Shown here in pieces: positions 1 through 7,301 of a stretch of 12,399 nt of DNA. The notes beneath the pieces are model-generated. The model saw nothing but the letters and a program-made list of their open reading frames with translations. It ran no database searches and was not told where the DNA came from. The stretch lies in NCBI GenBank assembly GCA_963805625.1, contig CAWDVE010000008.1:1-12399 (forward strand). Direction: 5' to 3'. Position numbers and translations under genes: made by a program. This DNA is from an uncultured Candidatus Rokubacteria bacterium. Its GTDB lineage: Bacteria; Methylomirabilota; Methylomirabilia; Rokubacteriales; DASRDR01. Each line of letters begins with the position of its first letter. Positions within the stretch are counted from its first letter, which is position 1.

Positions 1-169
1 TACTGGTATCTGCTGGCATTGTCCGCTGGCGATCCCGGCCAGCCGCGGGTCGGGCGCGGTGGCCTCCCCCTCAGGCAGCGTGTGCCGCGCCAGGATCGCC
101 GAAATCCGCCAGCCCCACAAGGGACGATCCGCGAGCGCCGCGGGCATGCCGCGCCCCTGCCCGGAGACC

Positions 170-814
170 CTACATGAGTACGCTGCGCTGAAACCAGACC
201 GCGTCGGCGAGGGTGCGGTGGCCACGTCGTGCGAGCTCGGGCAGCAGCCCGAGCATCAGGGCGCCGGCAACCAGGGCGTCGCCCCGGGCCGTGTGGCGAC
301 CCACCACCGGCACCCCGAGCCGTGTCGCGAGCGTCTCGAGGGTCACGTCCACCCAGCCAGGGTGAAGGGCGGCGGCGAGCCGCATCGTGCACAGGGCGGT
401 GTTCGAAAGCGGCGGGCGGTGACGGACCCGGCGGACCCGCTCGACGATGGCCAAGTCGAAGGCCACACCGTGGCCGACGACGGCGTGACCTCCGACCAGG
501 GCCTCGATCTCGTCCAGCACCTCACCCAGACGGGGTGCCGCCAGCACCATCTCGTCCGTGATCCCGTGGATCCGCGTGGCGGCGGCCGGGATGGGCCGGC
601 CGGGGTTGACGAGGGTCTCATAGCCGCCGATGGGCTCGCCGCCCCGGAACGGCACGACCGCCACCGCCACGGCGGCGTCCCGGGCCGCATCGAGCCCCGT
701 CGTCTCGAGGTCGATGGCCACGAAATCGTCGAGCAGCGTCGCGAGCGGCCGGCGGTCCTGGGGTAGTGCTGCTCGCCATTCGTGCCACCGAAGCCAACGG
801 GCCAGGCCCCTCAC
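170..814 (-). CDS. DEDDh-family 3'-5' exonuclease (DnaQ/PolC-epsilon-like, stand-alone), ~214 aa
   Basis: C-terminal part of ORF 170..1471. ExoI VAIDLETTG, ExoII VVGHGVAFD, ExoIII HTARGDA, plus the IHGIT motif typical of DnaQ-like proteins. Start placed at GTG 814, which overlaps the upstream TGA (GTGA). The track's N-terminal extension is shadow of the upstream gene. Confidence 0.92.
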   Translation of the reverse strand: MRGLARWLRWHEWRAALPQDRRPLATLLDDFVAIDLETTGLDAARDAAVAVAVVPFRGGEPIGGYETLVNPGRPIPAAATRIHGITDEMVLAAPRLGEVLDEIEALVGGHAVVGHGVAFDLAIVERVRRVRHRPPLSNTALCTMRLAAALHPGWVDVTLETLATRLGVPVVGRHTARGDALVAGALMLGLLPELARRGHRTLADAVWFQRSVLM

Positions 815-2271
815 TGGAGCAGATCCGTCGCGTACCGTTCGCGGAGTCCCGCCTGGACGTGGGTGACGGTGCGGAGCGCGTCGCGCAGGAGCACCGTCTC
901 CGCACGCGACAGCCGCCCCGGGCTGATCCGGTTGTCGGCCGGCTTGCCGCGTTCCAGGCAGTCGAGCTGGTGGACGAGGCGGAGCCGCTGGAGGAGCTGA
1001 TGGGCGTCGGTGACCTCGCGGCACTCGGCCTCGCCGTACACTTCCTGCGCGGCCGCCGCTCGGAACCGGTCGACCGTGTTCGTCTCCTCCAGGCTGAGCG
1101 CGAGCGCGTGGACCCGGGCGGCTCCGACGAGCTGGAGTCCGCCGCCGCCTTTGAGGTCGACGGTGCCGCGATGCGGCTCGCTCCGTGCCACCCGGAGATT
1201 CCCGAACACGGTGAGGGAGACGGGCCGATCTACCACGTCGCGCGCCAGGAGGCCGAGAAGACGACGGGAGCCCGGGGCGTCCGTCTGGATCACCGCGCGC
1301 AGACTCGATGCCAGCTCCGCAACCCCTCCGACCGGGCGGAGATCGAAGAAGATGCAGGCCGCCAGCACCTCCGCCGGGCCGCTCTCCTGCATCCAGTCGC
1401 GGAACCGCCGCGTCCAGACCTCGACCGGCTGGCACCACTCGGGGTTGGAGGCCATGATCCGTCCGGGGCACTCCGGGAAGCCGATGCGGACGAGCGCCCC
1501 GTTGACCTCCGCCGCGAGCCGCGCGAAGTAGGCCTGGACGGCCGCGGCATCGGGCGGTGGCGGGTCCGTGTACACGAGCCCGTTGTCCTGATCCGTGCGG
1601 AGCGTCTGCTCCCGCCGGGCCTCGCTGCCGAAGGCGAGCCAGCAGAACGGCACCGGCGGTGGACCGACCGGCGCGAGCGTCCCGGTGGCCAGCTCGAGCA
1701 CCCGCTGAATCATCCGGTCGTTCAGCTCGGCGACGATGCGCCCGACGTCGTACGGCGTCCCGCCCTCGTCCACCAGCCGGCGCACCAGCGCCGTGATCCG
1801 CACGCCGAGCCGCGCGAGATCGTCGACCGACGCCGCCAGCCCGATCTCGCGGGCCACCGTCACGGGGTGCGTGGCCTGAAGCCGCAGGAAGTCATTGCTC
1901 GACACGACGCCGACGAGGCGCCCGGCGTCCACGACCGCCAGGTGATGGATGCCGCGGCGGGTCATCTCCAGGAGCGCCTCGAAGCCGTAGGTGCCGGGCC
2001 CCACCGTGACCAGCGGCGTCGACATCACGTCCGCCGACCGCGTTCCGGCCGGGTCCCGGCCCTCCGCGACGACCTTGGCCCGGAGGTCGCGGTCCGTCAC
2101 GATCCCCACCGGGGCCCCGTCGTCCCCCACGATCACGGTCGACCCAACGCCGGCGGCCGCCATCTGCCGGGCAAGGTCCCGCACCGGGGTCCTGGGACCC
2201 GCGGTCACCGGCGGCCGCGCGACGAACTCGCGCACCGGGTGTAGGAACAGGGACAGGTCGTCGGGATTCAC
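811..2271 (-). CDS. CBS-pair + DUF294 putative nucleotidyltransferase + DUF294_C protein, ~486 aa
   Basis: Two CBS repeats (PVGIVTDRDLR..., MSTPLVTV...GIHHLAVVDAGRLVGVVS). Pol-beta-type NTase motif AFGSEARREQTLRTDQDNGLV, then GFPECPGRIMASNPEW, IFFDLR and VDLKGGG. Start GTG 2271 (VNPDDLSLF) chosen over 2352, which would overlap the upstream gene; the start is uncertain. Confidence 0.92.
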   Translation of the reverse strand: MNPDDLSLFLHPVREFVARPPVTAGPRTPVRDLARQMAAAGVGSTVIVGDDGAPVGIVTDRDLRAKVVAEGRDPAGTRSADVMSTPLVTVGPGTYGFEALLEMTRRGIHHLAVVDAGRLVGVVSSNDFLRLQATHPVTVAREIGLAASVDDLARLGVRITALVRRLVDEGGTPYDVGRIVAELNDRMIQRVLELATGTLAPVGPPPVPFCWLAFGSEARREQTLRTDQDNGLVYTDPPPPDAAAVQAYFARLAAEVNGALVRIGFPECPGRIMASNPEWCQPVEVWTRRFRDWMQESGPAEVLAACIFFDLRPVGGVAELASSLRAVIQTDAPGSRRLLGLLARDVVDRPVSLTVFGNLRVARSEPHRGTVDLKGGGGLQLVGAARVHALALSLEETNTVDRFRAAAAQEVYGEAECREVTDAHQLLQRLRLVHQLDCLERGKPADNRISPGRLSRAETVLLRDALRTVTHVQAGLRERYATDLLQ

Positions 2272-2287
2272 GATGCGGCGCCCGTTC

Positions 2288-2719
2288 TCACGGCACGCGG
2301 CGCGCGCGCCATTGCCGCCCGACCCCGAGCGCGACGGAGACGACGGCGCCAACTGCGTTCACGACGGCGGTCAAGGCCAGGCCGATGAGCAGGAGCGCCA
2401 TGACCGGGCCCAGATGGAGGGCCGGCACGGCCTCGAGCGGGAGCTGGCTCTCGAGCCAGAACAGCGGCATCAGCACCAGGGCCGGCAGCCCGATCAAGAC
2501 CATCAGGAGACCGATCGCTCCCCGGCCAACCCGGCGAAAGGGATCGAGCCCGCGCGATTGTTGCTCCACCCGGACCCAGATCGCCGTCACGCCCGCGAAG
2601 GCCAGAAGCAGCAGCCCTCCCAGCAACGCGGCCGATGAGACCTCCGCCGCAGCGCTGGCCGCGTACAGCCCGGCGAAGACGACGGTCCCTAGCAGGTTGA
2701 CGGCGGCAAGGGCCAGCAC
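2288..2719 (-). CDS. Hypothetical integral membrane protein (~4 TM), ~143 aa
   Basis: Four hydrophobic segments; fills the gap between co-oriented genes. GTG at 2719 lies just after the upstream stop at 2730. Confidence 0.7.
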   Translation of the reverse strand: MLALAAVNLLGTVVFAGLYAASAAAEVSSAALLGGLLLLAFAGVTAIWVRVEQQSRGLDPFRRVGRGAIGLLMVLIGLPALVLMPLFWLESQLPLEAVPALHLGPVMALLLIGLALTAVVNAVGAVVSVALGVGRQWRARRVP

Positions 2720-2729
2720 GCTCTCGAAC

Positions 2730-3038
2730 CTACCGGGCCGGCGACCCCACCAGCTGAGCGAGGAGAATCCGGGAGCCCAGCCAGAGCGCAAGGTAGACCC
2801 CCAGCGCGACCAGACGGACCCGTCGCTCGGAGGTGCCGGCGGCCAGCCAGCCCCGCACCGGACGCGTCAGCGGCCCGGTGACCACGGAGAAGAACCAGAG
2901 GATCGGGCTGTCCTGTCGCGTGATGAAGCGGGCGAAAAGGATATGGAGAAAGAGATAGACGAACGCCATGAAGAACACGAGCGGGATGACCACGTTGATC
3001 GTGTGAAGAATCCGGACGGACAGGTCAGGCTCGACCAC
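2730..3038 (-). CDS. Small membrane protein, YggT-like, 102 aa
   Basis: Hydrophobic helices flank DSPILWFFSVVTGPLTRPVRGWL, which resembles the YggT 'nP...f...lTeP.l.PiR..l' motif. Confidence 0.7.
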   Translation of the reverse strand: MVEPDLSVRILHTINVVIPLVFFMAFVYLFLHILFARFITRQDSPILWFFSVVTGPLTRPVRGWLAAGTSERRVRLVALGVYLALWLGSRILLAQLVGSPAR

Positions 3039-3044
3039 GGCCGC

Positions 3045-3053
3045 ATGATACCA
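3045..3053 (-). promoter_or_regulatory. Putative extended -10 promoter (TGGTATCAT) for a leaderless transcript starting at GTG 3038
   Basis: TGnTATCAT followed by 6 nt and then the GTG start; no Shine-Dalgarno sequence. Confidence 0.45.
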
Positions 3054-3089
3054 ACGGGCGGGGACACACGCTGCATCCCCGCCCGTTGG
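3051..3089 (-). terminator. Strong GC-rich stem-loop downstream of the symporter (terminator or mRNA stabiliser)
   Basis: Perfect 14-bp inverted repeat CCAACGGGCGGGGA (3051-3064) / TCCCCGCCCGTTGG (3076-3089), 18 nt after the symporter stop. There is no poly-U tail. Confidence 0.7.
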
Positions 3090-3107
3090 CCGACACGCGA
3101 GCGACGA

Positions 3108-5039
3108 CTAGTGAGCGGTGCGGGCGATATCCCGCCCGAGGGGATCGCCCCGGTATGCCTGGCCGCTCTTCGGGTAACGGACGTTGACGACGAGGTCCTG
3201 GACCTCCTTGGGCGGCGGCGCCGTCAGGAGCGACACGATCCAGATGGTGAGGAAGCCGGCCGGCAGCCCGAAGATCGCCGACGCGATCGTCTGGGTGCCG
3301 AACCAAGACACGCCGTAGAACCGGCTGCCGATCATGTAGTAGGCGGTGAGCGCGAGACCGACGGCCATGCCCCAGCACGCCCCGGCCTTGTTGGTTCGCT
3401 TCCACCAAATCCCCATCACCAGGGCCGGGAAGAAGGACGCCCCCGCCAGGCTGAATGCCCAGGCCACCAGCTCCACGATGATCGCCAGGCGATACGTCGC
3501 GACGTAGGCCGCGATGAGGGCCGTGACCACGAGCAGGACCTTGGTGATCGTCAGCCGCACGGCCAAGGAGGTCCGCGGGTTGATGATGTTGTAGTAGAGG
3601 TCATGGGAGATCGCGTTGGCGATCGTGAGAAGGAGCCCGTCGGCGGTCGACAGCGCCGCCGCCAGCCCTCCGGCCATCACGAGGCCGGTGATGACGAACG
3701 GCAGGCCGGCGATCTCCGGCATGGAGAGCACGACGAAGTCCGTGGACCGGATCACGAAGTCCGCCCACTGCACGACACCGTCGCCGTTCTTGTCGACGAC
3801 GCTGAACAGACCGGCCGGCTGCCAGAGGGTCACCCAGCGGGGCAGCTCTGCGAGCTTGGTCCCCACGAGCTTCGCGTAGATGGTGAATCGGGCGAACGCA
3901 GCATACGCCGGCGCGGTGAAGTACAGCAGGAAGATGAAGAACAGGGACCACGCGACCGAGGTGCGCGCCTGGCGCACCGATGGCGTGGTGTAGTAGCGCG
4001 TGAGGATGTGGGGCAGCCCCGCGGTGCCCACCATCAGACAGAACGTCAGCGCCAGGAAATTCCACATCCCGACGCCGCTCGGCACCGTGAGGTAGCGGCT
4101 GAACTTCGCGGTCTCGCTGGCCGCCGGCGCGATCGCCTGGCGCGTGGCGAGAACGGCCTGGTCCTTCAGCTTGTTGACCTCGGCCTCCGGCAGGCCGCCG
4201 GCCTTGACCTTGGCGTTGGCCTCGTCGGCCTCCTTCTGCCAGAGCGCGCGGGTTTCCTTCTCCTTGGCGTCCTTGGTGATCTCGATCGCCCGCGCGTTGT
4301 TCTGCTGGAGGAGCTGCCCGTACGTGAGCTCGGGAATCGGGATCGAGAAGACCACCCAGGACAGATACACGACCGGGACCAGGTACGAGATGATCAGGAT
4401 GATGTACTGGGCCACCTGGGTCCACGTCACCGACTTCATCCCGCCGAGCACCGAGCAGAACAGGACGCCCAGGAGCCCGACGAACACCCCGACGTTGAAA
4501 TCGAGACCGATGAACCGGGAGACGATGAGCCCGACCCCGGTCACCTGCGCGATGAGATACGTGAACGAGCACGCGACGGCTCCGATCACGCCGATGAGCC
4601 GCGGGATGTTGCCGCCGAATCGGGCGCCCAGGAAGTCCGGAATGGTGTAGGCCCCGAACTGGCGGAGGTACGGGCCGAGGAAGACGGCGAGCAGGAGATA
4701 CCCCCCTGTCCACCCCATGACGTAAGCCAGGCCAGCGAAGCCCTGAGCGGACAGGGCGCCACCCATCGAGATGAACGACGCCGCCGACATCCAGTCGGAC
4801 CCGGTGGCCATGCCGTTGAACACGGCAGGCACGCCGCGGCCCGCCACGTAGTACTGGTCGGGGTTCGAGGTCCGTGTGAGGATGCCGATCACCACGTAGA
4901 TCGCGAGCGACAGCGCCATGAAGATCCAGCCGATCATCTGGTTGCTGAACAGCCCGATCGCCTCACCGATCCCGATGAGGATCGTGATACCGAGGAATCC
5001 CACCGTGTAGTAGCCGAAGATCTTCTCGAGGCTCAGCAT
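3108..5039 (-). CDS. Sodium:solute symporter (SLC5/SSS), ActP-like cation/acetate symporter, VC_2705-type large subunit, 643 aa
   Basis: YYVAGRGVPAVFNGMATGSDWMSAASFISM, GGMKSVTWTQVAQY, GTAGLPHILTRYYT and GGLAAALSTADGLLL motifs; many TM segments; RBS GAGGAGG at 5057-5051. The substrate is inferred, not shown. Confidence 0.95.
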   Translation of the reverse strand: MLSLEKIFGYYTVGFLGITILIGIGEAIGLFSNQMIGWIFMALSLAIYVVIGILTRTSNPDQYYVAGRGVPAVFNGMATGSDWMSAASFISMGGALSAQGFAGLAYVMGWTGGYLLLAVFLGPYLRQFGAYTIPDFLGARFGGNIPRLIGVIGAVACSFTYLIAQVTGVGLIVSRFIGLDFNVGVFVGLLGVLFCSVLGGMKSVTWTQVAQYIILIISYLVPVVYLSWVVFSIPIPELTYGQLLQQNNARAIEITKDAKEKETRALWQKEADEANAKVKAGGLPEAEVNKLKDQAVLATRQAIAPAASETAKFSRYLTVPSGVGMWNFLALTFCLMVGTAGLPHILTRYYTTPSVRQARTSVAWSLFFIFLLYFTAPAYAAFARFTIYAKLVGTKLAELPRWVTLWQPAGLFSVVDKNGDGVVQWADFVIRSTDFVVLSMPEIAGLPFVITGLVMAGGLAAALSTADGLLLTIANAISHDLYYNIINPRTSLAVRLTITKVLLVVTALIAAYVATYRLAIIVELVAWAFSLAGASFFPALVMGIWWKRTNKAGACWGMAVGLALTAYYMIGSRFYGVSWFGTQTIASAIFGLPAGFLTIWIVSLLTAPPPKEVQDLVVNVRYPKSGQAYRGDPLGRDIARTAH

Positions 5040-5045
5040 GGCGGT

Positions 5046-5315
5046 CTAGCCCTCCTCGCGGATGCCGTATTCGACATCCTTCTTGTTCATCAAGTAGGCA
5101 TAGACCGCGATCTCGACCACGAAGATCGCGAGAGAGCCTTGGGCGGCCATGTAGTATCCGAGCGGGAACCCGATGATCGTGTACTGGTTGAGCCAGCCCG
5201 CCCATAGACCCGAGATCAGATAGGTGACCACGAACCAGATCACCAGCAGGATCGTGGTCAGCGTGATGTTGTACCGCCAGTACTCCTGCTTCTGCCTTTC
5301 GGTCAGGTCAGCCAT
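5046..5315 (-). CDS. DUF4212 small subunit of sodium:solute symporter, 89 aa
   Basis: YWRYN..., LLVIWFVV, GFPLGYYMAAQGS and YAYLMNKKDVEYG signatures; 2 TM; directly upstream of the SSS gene; RBS GGAGGG at 5326-5321. Confidence 0.93.
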   Translation of the reverse strand: MADLTERQKQEYWRYNITLTTILLVIWFVVTYLISGLWAGWLNQYTIIGFPLGYYMAAQGSLAIFVVEIAVYAYLMNKKDVEYGIREEG

Positions 5316-5415
5316 CGCAGCCCTCCATTGGGCCAGTCAAGAGTCAACGGGACGAGGCCACCTCGGACGCGACATGGCGCTGGTCGTGCCCGACTCGGCG
5401 ACCGTGTGAACCGAC

Positions 5416-5739
5416 CTAGTGGTCGTCGTCCTCAGCGGGACCCTCGCGAGCGGGCGGAGCTACTGTCCGAACACGGGCTGGCCAGGCCATGCCACGCGCC
5501 TGGACCGCGGGCTGAGCCGTGACGGCCGGACCGTTGGCGTCTGCCGCGTCTCTCCGGCCGAATGCTGCCGGCACGGCCCCTTGACCGTCATGGGATCGGA
5601 CATTCCGCGCTTGCGGCACGCCCTCGACCCAGACTAGTCCGCCTTCCGGCGTAAAGCAGAATGCGCCGGGAATGAACGGATTGGCGAGATCAATCGCCAT
5701 GTACAGGAGGAGGACCCAGCTGGGGAGCCGGCCCGTCAT
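5416..5739 (-). CDS. Small hypothetical protein, ~107 aa, with a hydrophobic N-terminus and low-complexity tail ending EDDDH
   Basis: 3' part of ORF 5416..6237 from ATG 5739 (MTGRLPSWVLLLYMAIDLANPFIPGAFCF...). It is co-oriented with its neighbours and fills the gap; no clear RBS. Confidence 0.55.
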   Translation of the reverse strand: MTGRLPSWVLLLYMAIDLANPFIPGAFCFTPEGGLVWVEGVPQARNVRSHDGQGAVPAAFGRRDAADANGPAVTAQPAVQARGMAWPARVRTVAPPAREGPAEDDDH

Positions 5740-5852
5740 CGGAAGGTACAACGGAAGCAGGGAGCGTGCTAACCGGCACGGGCCCTCTGTCTGCACTTCA
5801 TTGCCAGTAGCTTGCTTCCAATCACATGGTCCCGAGGATAGGGCACGATTCA

Positions 5853-5883
5853 ATGGTCTACGAGCCATGGTATCGATACCATG
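5853..5883. promoter_or_regulatory. Tandem dyad, putative transcription-factor (enhancer) binding site
   Basis: Perfect 18-bp palindrome CATGGTATCGATACCATG (5866-5883), overlapped by a second near-dyad ATGGT-N6-GCCAT (5853-5868), in a relatively AT-rich intergenic stretch. Confidence 0.5.
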
Positions 5884-5897
5884 CGCAGCTCGAAATT

Positions 5898-7301
5898 TCA
5901 GGGAGTCGACTCGGGAGGCGCCTCCCCTGCGATGACCCGCGAGCGGAGGCCGTAGCGCACCATCTTCTCCCAGAGGTTCTTGTTGTCCATGTCGGCGTGA
6001 CGGGCCGCCGCGGACAGCTTGCCGCCGTGGAGCCTCAGGACCCCGGCCACGTAGGCCCGCTCGAACTCCTCGACGACCCGCGCCTTGGCCTCCCGGAACG
6101 AAAGGGTCAGATCGACGACCGCGCGGTCGGCGCCGCTCGGCGCCAGGAACGGCGCGACGTCGGCGATCATGTCCTCTCGCGAGACGATGACCGCGCGCTC
6201 CACGACGTTCTCGAGCTCCCGCACGTTCCCCGGCCACGGATACCGGACCAGGGCGTCGAGGGCAGCCGGCGCGAACCCTCGCATCGTCTTCTTGCAGCGC
6301 CGGGCGCTCTCGCTCAGAAAGTGAGCTGCGAGGGCCGGTATGTCCTCGACACGCTCGCGGAGAGGCGGCACTCTCAACGGGAACACCGCGAGCCGATAGA
6401 ACAGATCCCGGCGGAAAGCGCCGCGCTCCACCGCCTCTCGGAGATCCTGGTTGGTGGTGGCAATGAACCGGACGTCGATGTCGACCGGGCGCTCGGCGCC
6501 GATCGGGGTGATCTTCTTCTCCTCGATCGCGCGCAGGAGCTTCGACTGAAGGCCGAGCGGCATCTCGCCGATCTCGTCGAGGAGGAGGGTACCGCCGCTC
6601 GCCAGCTGGAAGTGCCCCCGGCGCGGCTCGGTCGCACCGGTGAACGCGCCCCGGCGGTAGCCGAAGAGCTCGGACTCGAATAGCTCCTCGGGGATCGCGG
6701 CGCAGTTGACGGCGACGAACGGCTTCTCTCGTCGCGGACCCGAGAAGTGCAGCGTCCGGGCGAGGAGCTCCTTGCCGACGCCTGTCTCGCCGTGGATCAG
6801 CACGGTCGTGTCGATCTGGGCGACCTCGTGCAGGAGCGCGAGAATTTCCAGCATCTTCGGGCTTTCTGCAACCAGGTTCGTCAGTGTGAACCGCTCCTGG
6901 TTGCGGCGGAACGACTGACGGCGCTGGTCGCGCAGATCGCGAAACTCGAGCGCCCGCCGCAGGACCAGCAGGATCTCGTCCGGCTCGAATGGCTTGACCA
7001 GATAGTCCTCCGCCCCGAGCCGAGTGGCTTCGACAGCGGCCCCGATGGTGCCGTACGCGGTCATGACCACCACGCCGATCTCTGGATGCTCGGCCTTCAA
7101 CCGACGGACGACCTGGACGCCGTCCATGCCCGGCAGCCGCTGGTCGGTCAAGGCGAGGTCGACGTCTTCCCGCTTGAGCCGGTCCAGGGCCTCCTCCCCG
7201 CTGCCCGCGGTGAGCACGTCGAAGCCCTCGAGCTCGAGGGCGCGCCGCAGCGGGCGCAAAAAGACCTCGTCATCCTCGACGATCAGCACTCGCCGCTTCA
7301 T
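5898..7301 (-). CDS. Sigma-54-dependent response regulator (NtrC/AtoC/CbrB family: REC-AAA+-Fis HTH), 467 aa
   Basis: Receiver domain (VLIVEDD, LALTDQRLPG, YLVKPF), Walker A GETGVGKE, ESELFG..GAFTGA, Walker B LLLDEIGE, FRRDLFYRL, WPGNVRELEN, C-terminal HTH. Confidence 0.97.
   Translation of the reverse strand: MKRRVLIVEDDEVFLRPLRRALELEGFDVLTAGSGEEALDRLKREDVDLALTDQRLPGMDGVQVVRRLKAEHPEIGVVVMTAYGTIGAAVEATRLGAEDYLVKPFEPDEILLVLRRALEFRDLRDQRRQSFRRNQERFTLTNLVAESPKMLEILALLHEVAQIDTTVLIHGETGVGKELLARTLHFSGPRREKPFVAVNCAAIPEELFESELFGYRRGAFTGATEPRRGHFQLASGGTLLLDEIGEMPLGLQSKLLRAIEEKKITPIGAERPVDIDVRFIATTNQDLREAVERGAFRRDLFYRLAVFPLRVPPLRERVEDIPALAAHFLSESARRCKKTMRGFAPAALDALVRYPWPGNVRELENVVERAVIVSREDMIADVAPFLAPSGADRAVVDLTLSFREAKARVVEEFERAYVAGVLRLHGGKLSAAARHADMDNKNLWEKMVRYGLRSRVIAGEAPPESTP

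Noticed and set aside
1-177. Open plus-strand frame ending at TGA 175-177, a possible minus-strand ATG at 19, and an imperfect direct repeat TACTGGTAT/TGCTGGCAT (1-19)
   Set aside because: At the window edge with no recognisable protein motif; cannot be resolved without flanking sequence.
815-1471. N-terminal extension of the exonuclease ORF, suggesting a fusion or frameshift
   Set aside because: Low-complexity off-frame read of the DUF294 gene; the GTGA overlap gives a natural start at 814.
170-2271. NTase + nuclease pair as an anti-phage (CBASS-like) or toxin-antitoxin system
   Set aside because: The NTase is CBS/DUF294 type rather than CD-NTase or MNT, and the context is a metabolic transporter locus with no defence or mobility genes.
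2385-5207. 940-aa plus-strand ORF, and other long plus-strand ORFs (59..766, 766..2244, 5826..6683, 7024..8016, 9424..10299)
   Set aside because: Antisense shadows of well-supported minus-strand genes. High-GC codon bias removes stops, and they contain no recognisable motifs.
5791-5807. Minus-strand CTGGCAATGAAGTGCAG as a sigma-54 promoter
   Set aside because: Spacing is GG-N9-GC, whereas sigma-54 requires N10.
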